Part shown: piece after piece, positions 1 to 11,522 of the stretch | How positions within the stretch are numbered: the first letter of the stretch is position 1 | Layout of the letters: every line of letters starts with the position of its first letter | Translations under genes and position numbers: made by a program | The notes under the pieces: model-generated | What the model saw: only the letters and a program-made list of their open reading frames with translations | Database searches by the model: none | What the model was told of the DNA's origin: nothing | Source: a virus | Taxonomy: Duplodnaviria; Caudoviricetes | Direction: 5' to 3' (one strand) | Length of the DNA stretch: 64,000 bases | Virus record (IMG/VR): IMGVR_UViG_3300028797_000007 | Coordinates: 32,001-96,000 of that record

Positions 1-1
1 C

Positions 2-592
2 AGTAGTATAAGTTATAACTACAGCTCCTATAACATAACCGCTCGTGTTAGTTAATTTGTAAGCATAAAAAGAACGTAATCCTCTCCCTTTAAGTACCTC
101 ATATGTTCCTGGGTCTTTTGATTTTACATCTTCTACATTAGATATAAAAGAACCACCGGTTTTATCTATTTCTTCTATAGGATAAGCTAGCATCGCTCTA
201 AATTGACTTTGGAAATCAGATATGACTGGTTTGTAACCTATATTAACACTTTCGTTAGTAACACTGAATTTTAAAAAGGAGATAGAATTCATATCCTTCC
301 CACCATTATGATAACGAGCTACCATAGCACGGCTTGCGCCTAAATCAGTTACTGCAGATTGTAAAAGCATATTAATAGTTTTATCTATTTTCATAGCAAC
401 ACGGTCTTCTTCTTCTGTTAATACATGCGAATTACCAACGCGTAATTGGTCTAATATAGCTTGGAATAATTTTGTATTTATATCTTCTTGTTTTTGATGA
501 TTTCTTAAAATGATATATAAAAATATACCGGCAATAACAGTTAAAACACCTAGTTCTGCTATAGATTGTGCTATTGATAAACCATATTCCAT
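2..592 (-). CDS. Putative holin-like membrane protein (N-terminal TM helix plus GAF-like domain); runs off the window edge
   Basis: ATG at 592 with AGGAGG RBS; MEYGLSIAQSIAELGVLTVIAGIFLYIIL... open to position 2; lies downstream of the tail genes; absent from the ORF track. Confidence 0.55.
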   Translation of the reverse strand, partial: MEYGLSIAQSIAELGVLTVIAGIFLYIILRNHQKQEDINTKLFQAILDQLRVGNSHVLTEEEDRVAMKIDKTINMLLQSAVTDLGASRAMVARYHNGGKDMNSISFLKFSVTNESVNIGYKPVISDFQSQFRAMLAYPIEEIDKTGGSFISNVEDVKSKDPGTYEVLKGRGLRSFYAYKLTNTSGYVIGAVVITYTT

Positions 593-655
593 AATTGTAC
601 CTCCTCTTTATTTTTCTCTATAATATATAGTAGTATTTTAAAGTATAAACTAAAA

Positions 656-2920
656 TTAGGCAGTTGTTTTATTCTCTATTCAAGAGCCTTCAGATTTAGT
701 ATAGAATTTCTTACATTGAACCCACGTGCCAGAAGAATTTTTGTACCATACCTTTCCTTTAACTCATGTACCATTAACTTTAACTCATACAACAGCTTGG
801 TCTAATTCCCATACCGCATATAAAATAATATCAACTGTTGGGGTATATACGGCTCCTGGATTATACGTAGGAGTCGTCGCCGTATCGCTAGTGGCGAAAC
901 CTTTTAATATATAATTTGTTCTAGTGCATTCTGCTGTAGTTGGTAATGTAACAGAACCATTAGTTGTGGAACTATTCCATTGAGCAGTTAACGTAGTTGT
1001 GTTGTCTTCATTAAAGTTAGTTGCTCCACCAGCCCAAGTAGCTCCAGTAGCACTTGATTTCCAATTATTAAAACTATATGTTGTTGTATTGATAGCGGTT
1101 TGTGAACTTTTGGTTGTAGACCCTCCGTTTGCATTAAACGTTACGGTATAACCATTAGATGTAGAATTATTACGACTAATAGCAGCCGCAATTGTTAAAT
1201 TAACTCCATAAGTTTTAGTTTGTGAACTAGGAGTCGAAGAACCCCCATTAGCTGCATAACTAATTGTATAAGTATTAAGTTGCCATACAGCATATAAAGT
1301 TCTTGTTGCATCTGGTGTATAGCTTGCACCAGGAGAATAAGTTGCACTTGTTGCACTTGAACTAGTTGACCAACCTAATAAGGTATATCCTGTACGAGTA
1401 CATTGCGCAGTAGTAGGTAATGTAACTGCGCTATAAGCCCCAGTTGAAGAGCTAAATTGCGCATAAAGAGTTTCAGCTGCACTCGGTGTATATTGAGCAC
1501 TCGCATTACCTCTATTTGTTCCACCTGACGAAGCAGTCCACCAACCAGTTTGACTGTATGTTACAGTAGCTGTTGAATTTTGACTAGTTTTAGTTGTAGT
1601 ACCTTGATTAGCATTAAAAGTAACGGTTCTTGTTGACGTAGTACTTGCTTTTGTAGCAGTTGGTAATGTTACTTTACTATAAGTACCAGTACTTGAACTA
1701 AATTGTGCATATATTTTTTCACTGGCAGAAGGTGTATATTTAGCTCCTGCAACTCCTCTGTTAGTACCTCCTGATGCAGCAGTCCACCAACCTGTTTGAG
1801 AATAAGTAATTGTTGCAGTCGAATTTAAACTTGCAGTTGAACAAGTACCTCCATTAGTCGTCGCATCAAAAGTAACTTTTCTAGTTGCAGTACCATTAGA
1901 TTTTGATGCAGAAGGCAATGTTACTTGGCTAAATGTTCCAGTGGAACTTCCTCATTGAGAATAAAGAGTTTCTGCTGAACTTGGAGAATAGGAACCTCCG
2001 TTATTACATCTTTTAGTACCCCCTGACGTAGCTGTATACCAACCATTAGAACTATAGGTAACTGTTGCGGTTGAGTTTAAGCTACTGGTTGAACAGGTAC
2101 CACCATTAGTTGTTGCATCAAAAGTAACTTTTCTGGTAGACGTTCCATTCGACCTTGATGCCGAAGGAGTAGTAATACTTGAACTTGTAGAGCTAGACCA
2201 CTGAGCCGTTAATGTAGTAGTATTATCTTCATTAAAGTTTGTTGCTCCACCAGCCCAAACCTTACTAGTTTTACTTGACTTTCATCCAGTAAAATCATAT
2301 CTCGTAGTATTAGTTGCTTTTTTAGATGTAGGACTTACACTACCTCCGTTAGCATTAAATGAAATAGTTACTCCATCCGCAGTTGTATTGTTACGGCTAA
2401 TCGCAGATGCAATTGTTAAATTAACTCCATAATACTTAGTTTGAGTACTAGGCGTTGTATTACCACCATTTGCATTATATGATATCTGCCAATTGTCGTC
2501 TCCAACATTTATCGTCCAAGTTCAAGAAGAACCAACGGGGATATACGTACCATCATTAATAGTTGCAACTTCAACAGTAATGGTGACATTTCCATGCAAT
2601 CCACTTACTGTTAAAGGAGATTCAGCACCACTATTTGAATCACGGAAGGGTGACCAATCCGTAAAATCAGAACCGGAAGGTGCTAAACCTATCCAACGAC
2701 ATTGTTTCCAATACTTAGTTCCATTTACATATATATTACAAGCATTTTCTGCTGCTGAAGAATAAGTATCTCCACCTGCATAGTTATCACGTTTACCCCA
2801 ACATTTATATATCTTAATAGAGCCCGCACTAGGTATATCATATTCCAATTGAACCATTGACCCTCTTTGAGCGGCCGTACTTGACTGGTTACAACGAGCA
2901 GTTCCTGAACGTACTGACAT
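656..2920 (-). CDS. Tail fibre/receptor-binding protein with InlB B-type (Listeria-Bacteroides) repeats, 754 aa (TGA=Trp)
   Basis: ORFs 2522..2920 and 785..1918 are in one frame, joined across TGA at 2522, 2282, 1952 and 785; repeats TF(N/D)ANGG...GW...LYAQW; ends TAA at 656. Confidence 0.8.
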
Positions 2921-2942
2921 AGGTTATTTCACCTCCTTTAAA

Positions 2943-4811
2943 TTATGATGTTTGAATATAAATATCGCCATTAACACCAGTAGATGCTGATGGTGTAGAT
3001 GTACCAGTATAAACTACTGGGACTAAAATATTTGCAGTAGCTGCGCTGCCATTAAATGTTGCAACATCACTACCATTTTTTTGTATTGTTAAAGTGCCAC
3101 TTGTAGCATTAGCAGTACCCGCTGTTGTGGCATAAGAAACTGCAGCCCATTGACCATCACCACGTAAAAATTTAGCTTGGTCTCCTGAGCCTGGAGCAGG
3201 AACAACTCCTGCTGTACCAGCAGTACTTGCTGTAGCACCTCCCATAACATTTGCTAATGTAATATAATTAGCATCATTAGTCCAATAACTAACATTTGTA
3301 GGTTTGTTTAATACACCAGACCATTCTACATTATCTGCTGTACCTCCACCAGTAGCACTTAATACTCCAGTACCACTATCTATACTTAAACCAGAACCTA
3401 TTTTAACTCCACCTAAAGTACCATTAACACCTGTACCGGCAATTGGTAATGTATAACCTGTAGTTGAGATTGTGATAGTTCCAGTTGTATCATCACCTTT
3501 AGTATAAGTAATAACATTATTATTATTAATTGATAAACCTTTGATATAATTTGTAATATCTAAACCGTTTTTATCACCAGTTGCGACAGTAGCTGTATCA
3601 GCATTACCTGTTAAATCACCGGTGATGTCTGCTTTAATGGAAGCAGGTAATTTTAGATTAACAGCTTGAGAACCATCTACAGCCACAGTTACAGCTGTAC
3701 CAGTTCCATCACTATTAACGATACCTATGTTACGAGAAGTTCCCCAATTCGCTGTAGTAATATTATCACTACCATCAAAACTAGTACCATTAATTGTTTT
3801 ACTTGCTGCAAGCTTAGTCGCAGTAGCAGCATTACCAGCTACATTACCTACAGTCAGTACATCAGTTCCTGGGTTATATGTAAATTGTGATGCATTAATA
3901 GTAGGTATACCATTATTACCACTTTTACCATATCATACTGCTCTATCACTATCTGAGGAAGATGTCTCTATACCTGAATAAGCAAATCCTCCAGCCGTGC
4001 TAAAAGTTTTAATACCAGTAATAGTAACATTGCCAGCTTTTTTGACATAAGTGGTATTAATTGCATTACCATCCGAATCATTAGTAGCATTGGTAGCATT
4101 AGTTGCAGTAGCTGCATTACCAGTAATATCATCAGCAGCCGTAATAAAACCGCTATCATTCGTTACATCACTTGTTTTTGTAGGAATGCTTAAATTAATA
4201 GTTTTATTTGTAGAACCATTAAATGTATCTCCTACTTGTACTCCATTCTTTTGAATTGTTAGTTCTTTTAAAACAACAACTCCAGTAAAACCATTTACTG
4301 AATTTACATCAGATGGATTACATAATACATATACACTACCACCCCAACGATATTGTTTGTTTTGATAACTACCTGTAGTCATGATAAGATAAATCTTACC
4401 TTTCTCTGGAGTTAAAGCAGTTCCCCCATCTGTAAGTGATAACCATGTGCTAGATAAAGCTGTAGCACCATCTCTAATATATGCTTCAATTACATCATCT
4501 ACATAACTAGGTAATTGAGAACTAGGCACTTTAGCTTCGCCGTCTAGTGTAGCTACTCCATTGGCTACACCCTTTTGACTTAAAGGCACATAATTACTAA
4601 AATTATCGTTTAAAACTTTACCTTGGTAAGCATCTAAAACTCCTTTACCAGCTTGTGAAGTTGTAACATTATTTTGAATTTTATATTTACCATTGTCCAT
4701 TAATTCTTGCAAAGTGACGCCATTGCTATCTGATACACCGGCTGCACTCGTAAACGGTACGAATGGTTGTCTATCTTCGTCTCTAAGCATTTTAATTGGA
4801 TATGTTGCCAT
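2943..4811 (-). CDS. Tail fibre protein (TGA=Trp)
   Basis: 3933..4811 and 2943..3686 are in frame across one TGA at 3933; GNAATAT and FDGS tail-fibre motifs; C-terminal GDIYI. Confidence 0.8.
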
Positions 4812-4869
4812 CGTTATCCCTCCTTTTTTGATTATTTCTCTATATATTTAGTATCTTTCGACACCCTAA

Positions 4870-4902
4870 AATAAAAAGAGAGGGGAATTATCCTTCCCCT
4901 CT
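4870..4902 (-). terminator. Intrinsic terminator after the FN3 tail gene
   Basis: AGAGGGGAA/TTCCCCTCT hairpin with a T-run. Confidence 0.65.
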
Positions 4903-6455
4903 TAGTGCTCATTGTCATTAAGCTTTCATTGACCATTAACTTTAATATATAACTTCTTAGCTTTTACCCAAGAACCATTTATTTTTATATAAGTTTTTCC
5001 TTTAACCCATTGACCATCTATTTTTCTTCTAATTTTAGCTTGGTCTGCAGGAGTCTTAACAGTTAAAGTCTTTGTCGCTGTAGTATCAGAAGCATTTACA
5101 CCAGTATGGATAGCTTTCACTTGAACTTTCATATTATATGTAGTTTCTTCATTTAAACCAGTCCAATTATAAGAACTGCTTGATTGATAAGAAGTTCATG
5201 TTGAGCCTCCATCTTTACTAAAGCGATATTTTAAAGTCCTACTAGGACTTATAGAAGCACTACAATTAATAGTGCAAGAAAAAGGCAATAAATTACTAAC
5301 CGTAACACTTGAAATAGTTGGATTAGTTAATAATGTAGAATAATTATATACGGTAGCACTCGTAGTAGTACCACCAGCATTTGTAGCCTTGAATCTAAAA
5401 TCATAAGTTGTATCAGCAGATAAGCCTGTTATAGTACCAGTATTAACTGCTCCTAGAGTTTTACTTGTCCATGTTGAACTAGAAGGTAACTTATATTCTA
5501 CAACATAATTTGTCATCGTTGTACCAGTAGCACTTAATCTAACTGAAATTGAGTTAGTAGTACTAGCAGTTCTTTCCATTGACAAATTTGTTGGAGCATC
5601 TCAAGCAGTTTGAAACACTACAGTTTTTTGTGCTGCTCCCTGAGAAGTTGTTCAGGGTCCTGTTGTATTATTAGGAGTTACTCCACTAACACTCGCTAAA
5701 TGCATGTATTGACCCGGAGTAAAATTCCTAAATGCGAAAGGCCTTTCTATATAATAACTTGAGGCCGGCTCATTAGAAACACGAGTATAACTACTTCCAC
5801 CATTACTAGAAAATTCTACAGAACCGGCTGTCCCAGTGCTATATGGTTCACTACCATCTGGAGCAAGTATTTTTAGATTAAAACCATAACTTTGACGACT
5901 AGCGCTTAATGTAGTATCAACATTACTTGTTACACTTGAATTATAATAATGAACTACATTGTAAATATTGTTATCTGGTCCACTAGCATTACCGTATTTT
6001 CAGTATTCTACCGAACTGCCATGAGCCACTTGCTCATTTACTCATACTCAAGGAGTCCCATAATTACCATAACAATCCATGTTTTTGATTGATAGCTTAA
6101 CTGTTTTCTTAGGTAACTCATCTGTACTAATATCTGCATAACCAGAAGCGCTGGCTGTTTTTCATTCCCCAGTACTTCAATTAGTATAACCACAAGTCCA
6201 ACTTCCGTCTACTCTATACGAAGTCTTTGGTGACAAATTAGAAAAAGTTGCTGTACCTATATGCGTAGAATTTGGACCATAAAAAGTCATACCTTGAATA
6301 CTACCTGATTGAGTTTGCCCATTACAAGTAATAGACCAGCTACCATTATTAATTCCTATTAAGTCCCAACCAGAGCTACTACCTCCAGCATAAATATAAA
6401 TAGTAAGAGAGCTACTAGTAGAGCTACCTTTTGCAACCGAACATGTCCATCCCAT
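4902..6455 (-). CDS. Fibronectin type III-domain tail protein (TGA=Trp)
   Basis: Three track ORFs share one frame joined across about 9 TGA; FN3 motif GLSADTTYDFRFKATNAGG; C-terminal W-x-K-x-NG-x-W repeats; TAA at 4902. Confidence 0.8.
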
Positions 6456-6473
6456 AAGTTATCTCGCCTCCTA

Positions 6474-9400
6474 TTAACTCTCTATTAAAATATATAAATC
6501 TCCATCTTTACTACCAGAGACAGTAGTTGGTGCTGAAGTACCATAATATGTATTAACACCCTCTGCAGCAATTTGAGCAGAAGTGTTTGTTCTAATTTTT
6601 GAAGCAGTCCATAATACTTGGTTAGATGTACCGCTATCATTTACTGTATAAGTATTTTGTAATTTATTAGCAGTTAAAGCAACATCAGCACTATCTGCAC
6701 GAGCTGCATATTTAACTCTTTTTTCTATTGTATTATCAACATAATCTGACACTAACATGTAATTATTTAATGATACTGAAGCAAATTGTAATTTATAGTT
6801 ATCTGAACTATCTTTTCCTAATGTAATCATTTTACCTAAGTTAGCTTCATTATATGTTACTTCAGTGTCGGCTAAATTAGCAAAACTTGTAGCTCCACTA
6901 CCGGCGACAGCTGCATTAATTGTAGCTCTACCATCAGTAACAGTGACTGTTAAGTTATCACCAAAATTCCATTCGTTAATCTTGTTCCAGTCTGTTTTTG
7001 CTACAAATGATAACCAATAATCAGTTTCAACTGCACTACCAGCTACAGCCGTAATAGTTAAATCCTCTTCTGTACTACTAGAAGGTAATTTATAAGTTAA
7101 AGTATCTAAACTAGGAGTATAAGTTAATATAGTATTTGCTACCATTGAAGAAGTGGCAGTAAATTTATACGAATTATTATTATAAGTAAAATAATAAATG
7201 TGTGCTGTTAAACCTCCAGATGGAACTGTATATTGATATTTAATTGCACTTGTATCTTGAGTTGTTCCTCCACTAATATAAGGTCCTTGTGTTCCACTAT
7301 TATAAACCTTATGGTAATGATTTTTAACTAAATCATAAACATTGGTTCCTAAAACAGTTTCTTCATTGCCTGCTGTATAAGTTACTTTACCATCTGCTAG
7401 ATGTCTTAATGTAATACTTCTATCAATTGGTGTAAAAGTAACTTGGTCTACGTCCGAATATCCCGATGCATCTTCAGTAGATACATAAACTGGTAAATCA
7501 AATACTCCTTTATCTCCATTTGAATTAGTACCATAATATTGGTCTGCAGTAGCATGGTCTAATACAGATAAATGGTCTGCTATTAATGCCCTATCTACTG
7601 CACCTGCATATAAATCAGGTCTAGCAGTTGCATTAACAGCGAATTCACTTCTTAGTAAGAATTGATTTGGGTCTGTTTGACCTACACATTCAATTGTTGC
7701 CACTCTGTTCGATGTATCAACATTTACGTTAGCACCAAAGGTATAGAATTTTAATGCTGTTACATCACCTAAATTAGTTGTTTCACCTGGGTTAGAACTA
7801 CTTCCACCTATAGTTTGAATACTAATATCTTCTAATTTTCTAGACAACTCATTAATAGTATTATCAGGTAATCTATCTGAACGTATACGTCTTTCTTCGT
7901 CTGGAGTAACAAATACTCTTTGTGTACCGTTTAATAACTTAATATCATCAGTTGATAAATTATGAGGATTAACAACTGTATGTGCTGAAGCAGAATCATT
8001 AGCTGAAATAGTATTCATATGGTTTTTAGAAGCAACTACATCAGTATTTTGACTAACTCTTTCTTGTGTGAACCATAAATTAGTTGCACCACCTAAACCA
8101 TCACCTTCGTTTATATCTCCTGTCATTAAGACTACGGTCTTGGCTTCATTATTATTTGTATTATCACCAAGTCTATAACCATTAATAGAAGTATTTTTAT
8201 GTACCTTATATTTCTCTACATATTGTATTCTACTTTCATGGTCTGCTACTTGTAAATCTATATTATCTAATCTATCTTCAGCATGGAACAATCTATATCT
8301 TATGCTTTGTTCGTATCTTTGTTTATTACTATTATCTGTTGACCATACTTCTTTTTCTAAGTCTCTTAATCTATCTCTAATATAGGTTAAATCATTATCA
8401 TCTGCTAACTTATAACCAGAAGTTACTGTATTATATGTACGTAATTCATTTATTGTTTTGGTAACATTAGTTGTTATATTATCAGTAATATATTTTTTAG
8501 TATCACTATAAAGCTCTCTTGTTACATGAGAAGGTAAAAAATCTAAACTATATAAACCTTGATAATTTTCATTTTGTAAATCAAATAAATCGAAACGTAC
8601 CATAGCTGGACTTGCGTCAGCTGCATCACCACTATATAATTTAAAAGCAGTGTCAGCGAATTCTGGACTAATAGTACCTACTTGACTAATGCGTCCTAAA
8701 GTTAAAAATCTACAACAATTTGCATCATCAGTTGTAAAAGTTTCAACACCTTCAGCCTTACCTAAAACAATACGAGTTGCTTCAACATAAGGAAATTCTA
8801 TATCTATACCAAAAGTATCATTTATATTTGATAAAGCATCTGTCATAGAATTATATACTTGTGTACCATAAATAATAATATTTTCTCCATTAGGAGTAAC
8901 TAAATGTTGTTGAATTGTAAAATGTCCATCTGGGACTGCCTTTAATTCAGTACCATCCCAATATAAATTGTAAAGCAATGTACTTGTAACAATCAAATCT
9001 TTGGCTAAACCATTATCTGGTATCATATATACAAAATAAGGACAAGGTGATTGCTCGTCATAATGTTTTAAGTTAAAATCACAGCCATTATCTGTATCTG
9101 CTGGGAAATTATCTGTTAATCCAATTGTATAATTAATACCTTCATCATAATAATAACCTGGACGTCTAGCGGCATTAGCGGTATTCATACCAGCTGTAAC
9201 TAAGTTCATACCTATAGCTTGTCCGCCATTAACCATAAAACTACCTCTATCAGCAGTATAAGCTATATCAGGTAAAGTGTATAAGCAAGTACCCATTACC
9301 GTACTACCTAATTTATTTTCTATAATTTTATTAGTATTATCAACTAAGAAAGTACCAATAAAAATATGATTTGTATCATCTGTTGCAGGCATTCCTGGAA

Positions 9401-9908
9401 TTATACTATAAGCACCAGTATAATCAGTAAATATTGAATAAGCACCAGCTCCTGATACTGATGATACTATATTAAGTGTAGTCGCATCTATTTTATACAT
9501 ACCTTTTAAATAACGACCATCACCCTCTTTGTTTTTGAAATAAACTAACATTGCTGGCATGTTAATAATTTGTCTTGTATCGTCTGCTAATGTCATAGGT
9601 CCTTCTAACACTACGGCTCCCGAATTTAAGAAACCTTGTCTAAATGTTTGACCAATATCCATTATTTTATGCCATTTATCATCAGTTTTTGAATAACGAT
9701 AAAATTCACCACTTGACACTACATAACAAACTTGTCCATCTAGTGGGTCTGGTACTGCATACATGTCAGTAATTGTACTTACAACCCCGTTCTCCTCAGG
9801 GAACACTAAGTTTGTATTAGCCATACTGATGGCATTTAATAATCTTCTAAAGTTCTCATTAAGTGGAGAGGAAGTTATAGGACCACCTATTCTAATAAAA
9901 TCTTGCAT
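6474..9908 (-). CDS. Large minor tail/baseplate protein, 1144 aa
   Basis: Long intact ORF between Dit and the tail fibres; central coiled coil; C-terminal DGDLYI motif. Confidence 0.7.
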   Translation of the reverse strand: MQDFIRIGGPITSSPLNENFRRLLNAISMANTNLVFPEENGVVSTITDMYAVPDPLDGQVCYVVSSGEFYRYSKTDDKWHKIMDIGQTFRQGFLNSGAVVLEGPMTLADDTRQIINMPAMLVYFKNKEGDGRYLKGMYKIDATTLNIVSSVSGAGAYSIFTDYTGAYSIIPGMPATDDTNHIFIGTFLVDNTNKIIENKLGSTVMGTCLYTLPDIAYTADRGSFMVNGGQAIGMNLVTAGMNTANAARRPGYYYDEGINYTIGLTDNFPADTDNGCDFNLKHYDEQSPCPYFVYMIPDNGLAKDLIVTSTLLYNLYWDGTELKAVPDGHFTIQQHLVTPNGENIIIYGTQVYNSMTDALSNINDTFGIDIEFPYVEATRIVLGKAEGVETFTTDDANCCRFLTLGRISQVGTISPEFADTAFKLYSGDAADASPAMVRFDLFDLQNENYQGLYSLDFLPSHVTRELYSDTKKYITDNITTNVTKTINELRTYNTVTSGYKLADDNDLTYIRDRLRDLEKEVWSTDNSNKQRYEQSIRYRLFHAEDRLDNIDLQVADHESRIQYVEKYKVHKNTSINGYRLGDNTNNNEAKTVVLMTGDINEGDGLGGATNLWFTQERVSQNTDVVASKNHMNTISANDSASAHTVVNPHNLSTDDIKLLNGTQRVFVTPDEERRIRSDRLPDNTINELSRKLEDISIQTIGGSSSNPGETTNLGDVTALKFYTFGANVNVDTSNRVATIECVGQTDPNQFLLRSEFAVNATARPDLYAGAVDRALIADHLSVLDHATADQYYGTNSNGDKGVFDLPVYVSTEDASGYSDVDQVTFTPIDRSITLRHLADGKVTYTAGNEETVLGTNVYDLVKNHYHKVYNSGTQGPYISGGTTQDTSAIKYQYTVPSGGLTAHIYYFTYNNNSYKFTATSSMVANTILTYTPSLDTLTYKLPSSSTEEDLTITAVAGSAVETDYWLSFVAKTDWNKINEWNFGDNLTVTVTDGRATINAAVAGSGATSFANLADTEVTYNEANLGKMITLGKDSSDNYKLQFASVSLNNYMLVSDYVDNTIEKRVKYAARADSADVALTANKLQNTYTVNDSGTSNQVLWTASKIRTNTSAQIAAEGVNTYYGTSAPTTVSGSKDGDLYILIES

Positions 9909-9921
9909 CTTAGTGCACCTC

Positions 9922-11433
9922 CTATAAATATCTTGGTTGTAGTTCAGCGCTTAATTTAAACGCCCCTACACTAGAACCCCTATTTGTAGTTCCATTTGTA
10001 CTTCTATAATTTATATTTTGACCAGTTGTTATAGTTAAAACATCTAGGTCTACTATGGTAGCTCCAAACATTCTATATACTGTTGTATAGTTACCATATT
10101 TATCTCTAAAATCATCTTTACTAGAAAAATAATTTGTTTCCTTTCATTCTCCTGGACCTCCAGCGCTTTTTAATACTCAAACATACCATTGGTCATCCTT
10201 AACACAGACATCTCCTTCGTTAGCTGAAGAAGGTAAGTTTCCATTATTTATTTCTATATAATTAAAAGCAAAACCAGCGGGTCTAGTCACAACTCCACTA
10301 CTTATAGTAGGAGCTGGTATATCAGCAGTATAGGTATTACTATCTAATATTAATGTATTATTTTCTAAATCTACCGATTGAATTTTACTACCTCCATTAC
10401 CATTACAACAAAAATATTGTCCTAGCATATCATTATTTACTTTTAAAATTAGAGGATTTATAGAAACAACATTATTTTCTATATAAAAACTATCATACTC
10501 TATTAAATCAGTATTTTCCATATCTCTAACCCAAGTCTCTGGGATTTCTATTACACTACGATATGGATTTATACTCATTGCCGTTCCACTAAAACGACCA
10601 TAATAAATATCACCGTTTTCGTCTTGTAGTATTTGACCTACTGTATCTACAATAATATCACCTGAACAATTACTTAAATCTATTACTGTAGAGCTTCCTG
10701 TATGTGCATTATTAAATTGAATATAACTATGATTAGCAAATGTTCCAGTATGCTCTATTAAATACTTAGGTGATGATGAAGCACTACCTGGATTATACAT
10801 TGGTATTAAATATTTATTTGCATTTGCTGGTATATCTCATTCGCATTTAGGACTCATATCTTTATATAAAAGACCACTATTGTAATAATAATCAACTCCA
10901 TAGATAGTTCTAGCATCATAGATTAAATCATCTCTATAATATGCTAAACCATAACCATATGCTGAACCAACCGTTTCAAACGTTACTGTAAAATTACCAG
11001 TATAAACTGCATCTCCTTCGGCATAATCACCTAAAAAAGAATGTTGAGGCGTCTGAATAGTAGTTAATGGATAAGCTCCTAAAGTTGAAATACTAGCGAC
11101 TTTAACCAAATAATATTTATAAGGTTGGTCTGATAAAACTAATCTTCCGACTTTACGAGGGCTTAACCAAGCTCTCATTCTATCATATTCAGAAGAAACA
11201 AGGTCGTGACAAAAACAAGTAAATTGAAATTGTTGACCAGTTATTTGTGTACCATAATAATATTTACCATCATATGCTGGTACTTCTAATTTATTATCTG
11301 AAAATGTTGGCTCAATATTAAATGTATATACTGCTCCACTAGTGATATTATAAATACCCATATTAGCGCAATCTTTGCCATCAAAAATAAATGTAGAAAA
11401 TAACTCGCCAGCTTTAACTGCTCTTATTGCCAT
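9922..11433 (-). CDS. Distal tail protein (Dit-like) (TGA=Trp)
   Basis: 10837..11433 and 10177..10800 joined across TGA, continuing to TAG at 9922; FIFDGK...MGI...VPAYDG...GRLVLSDQPYKYY typical of Dit; directly follows the TMP. Confidence 0.75.
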
Positions 11434-11522
11434 ACTTTTCCCTCCTATTTCTTTAATCTCTCTAACAATTAGTAGTTAGAAAAGAATAAAAATAAAAAGA
11501 CGAGGAGCTCATGCTCCCCGTT

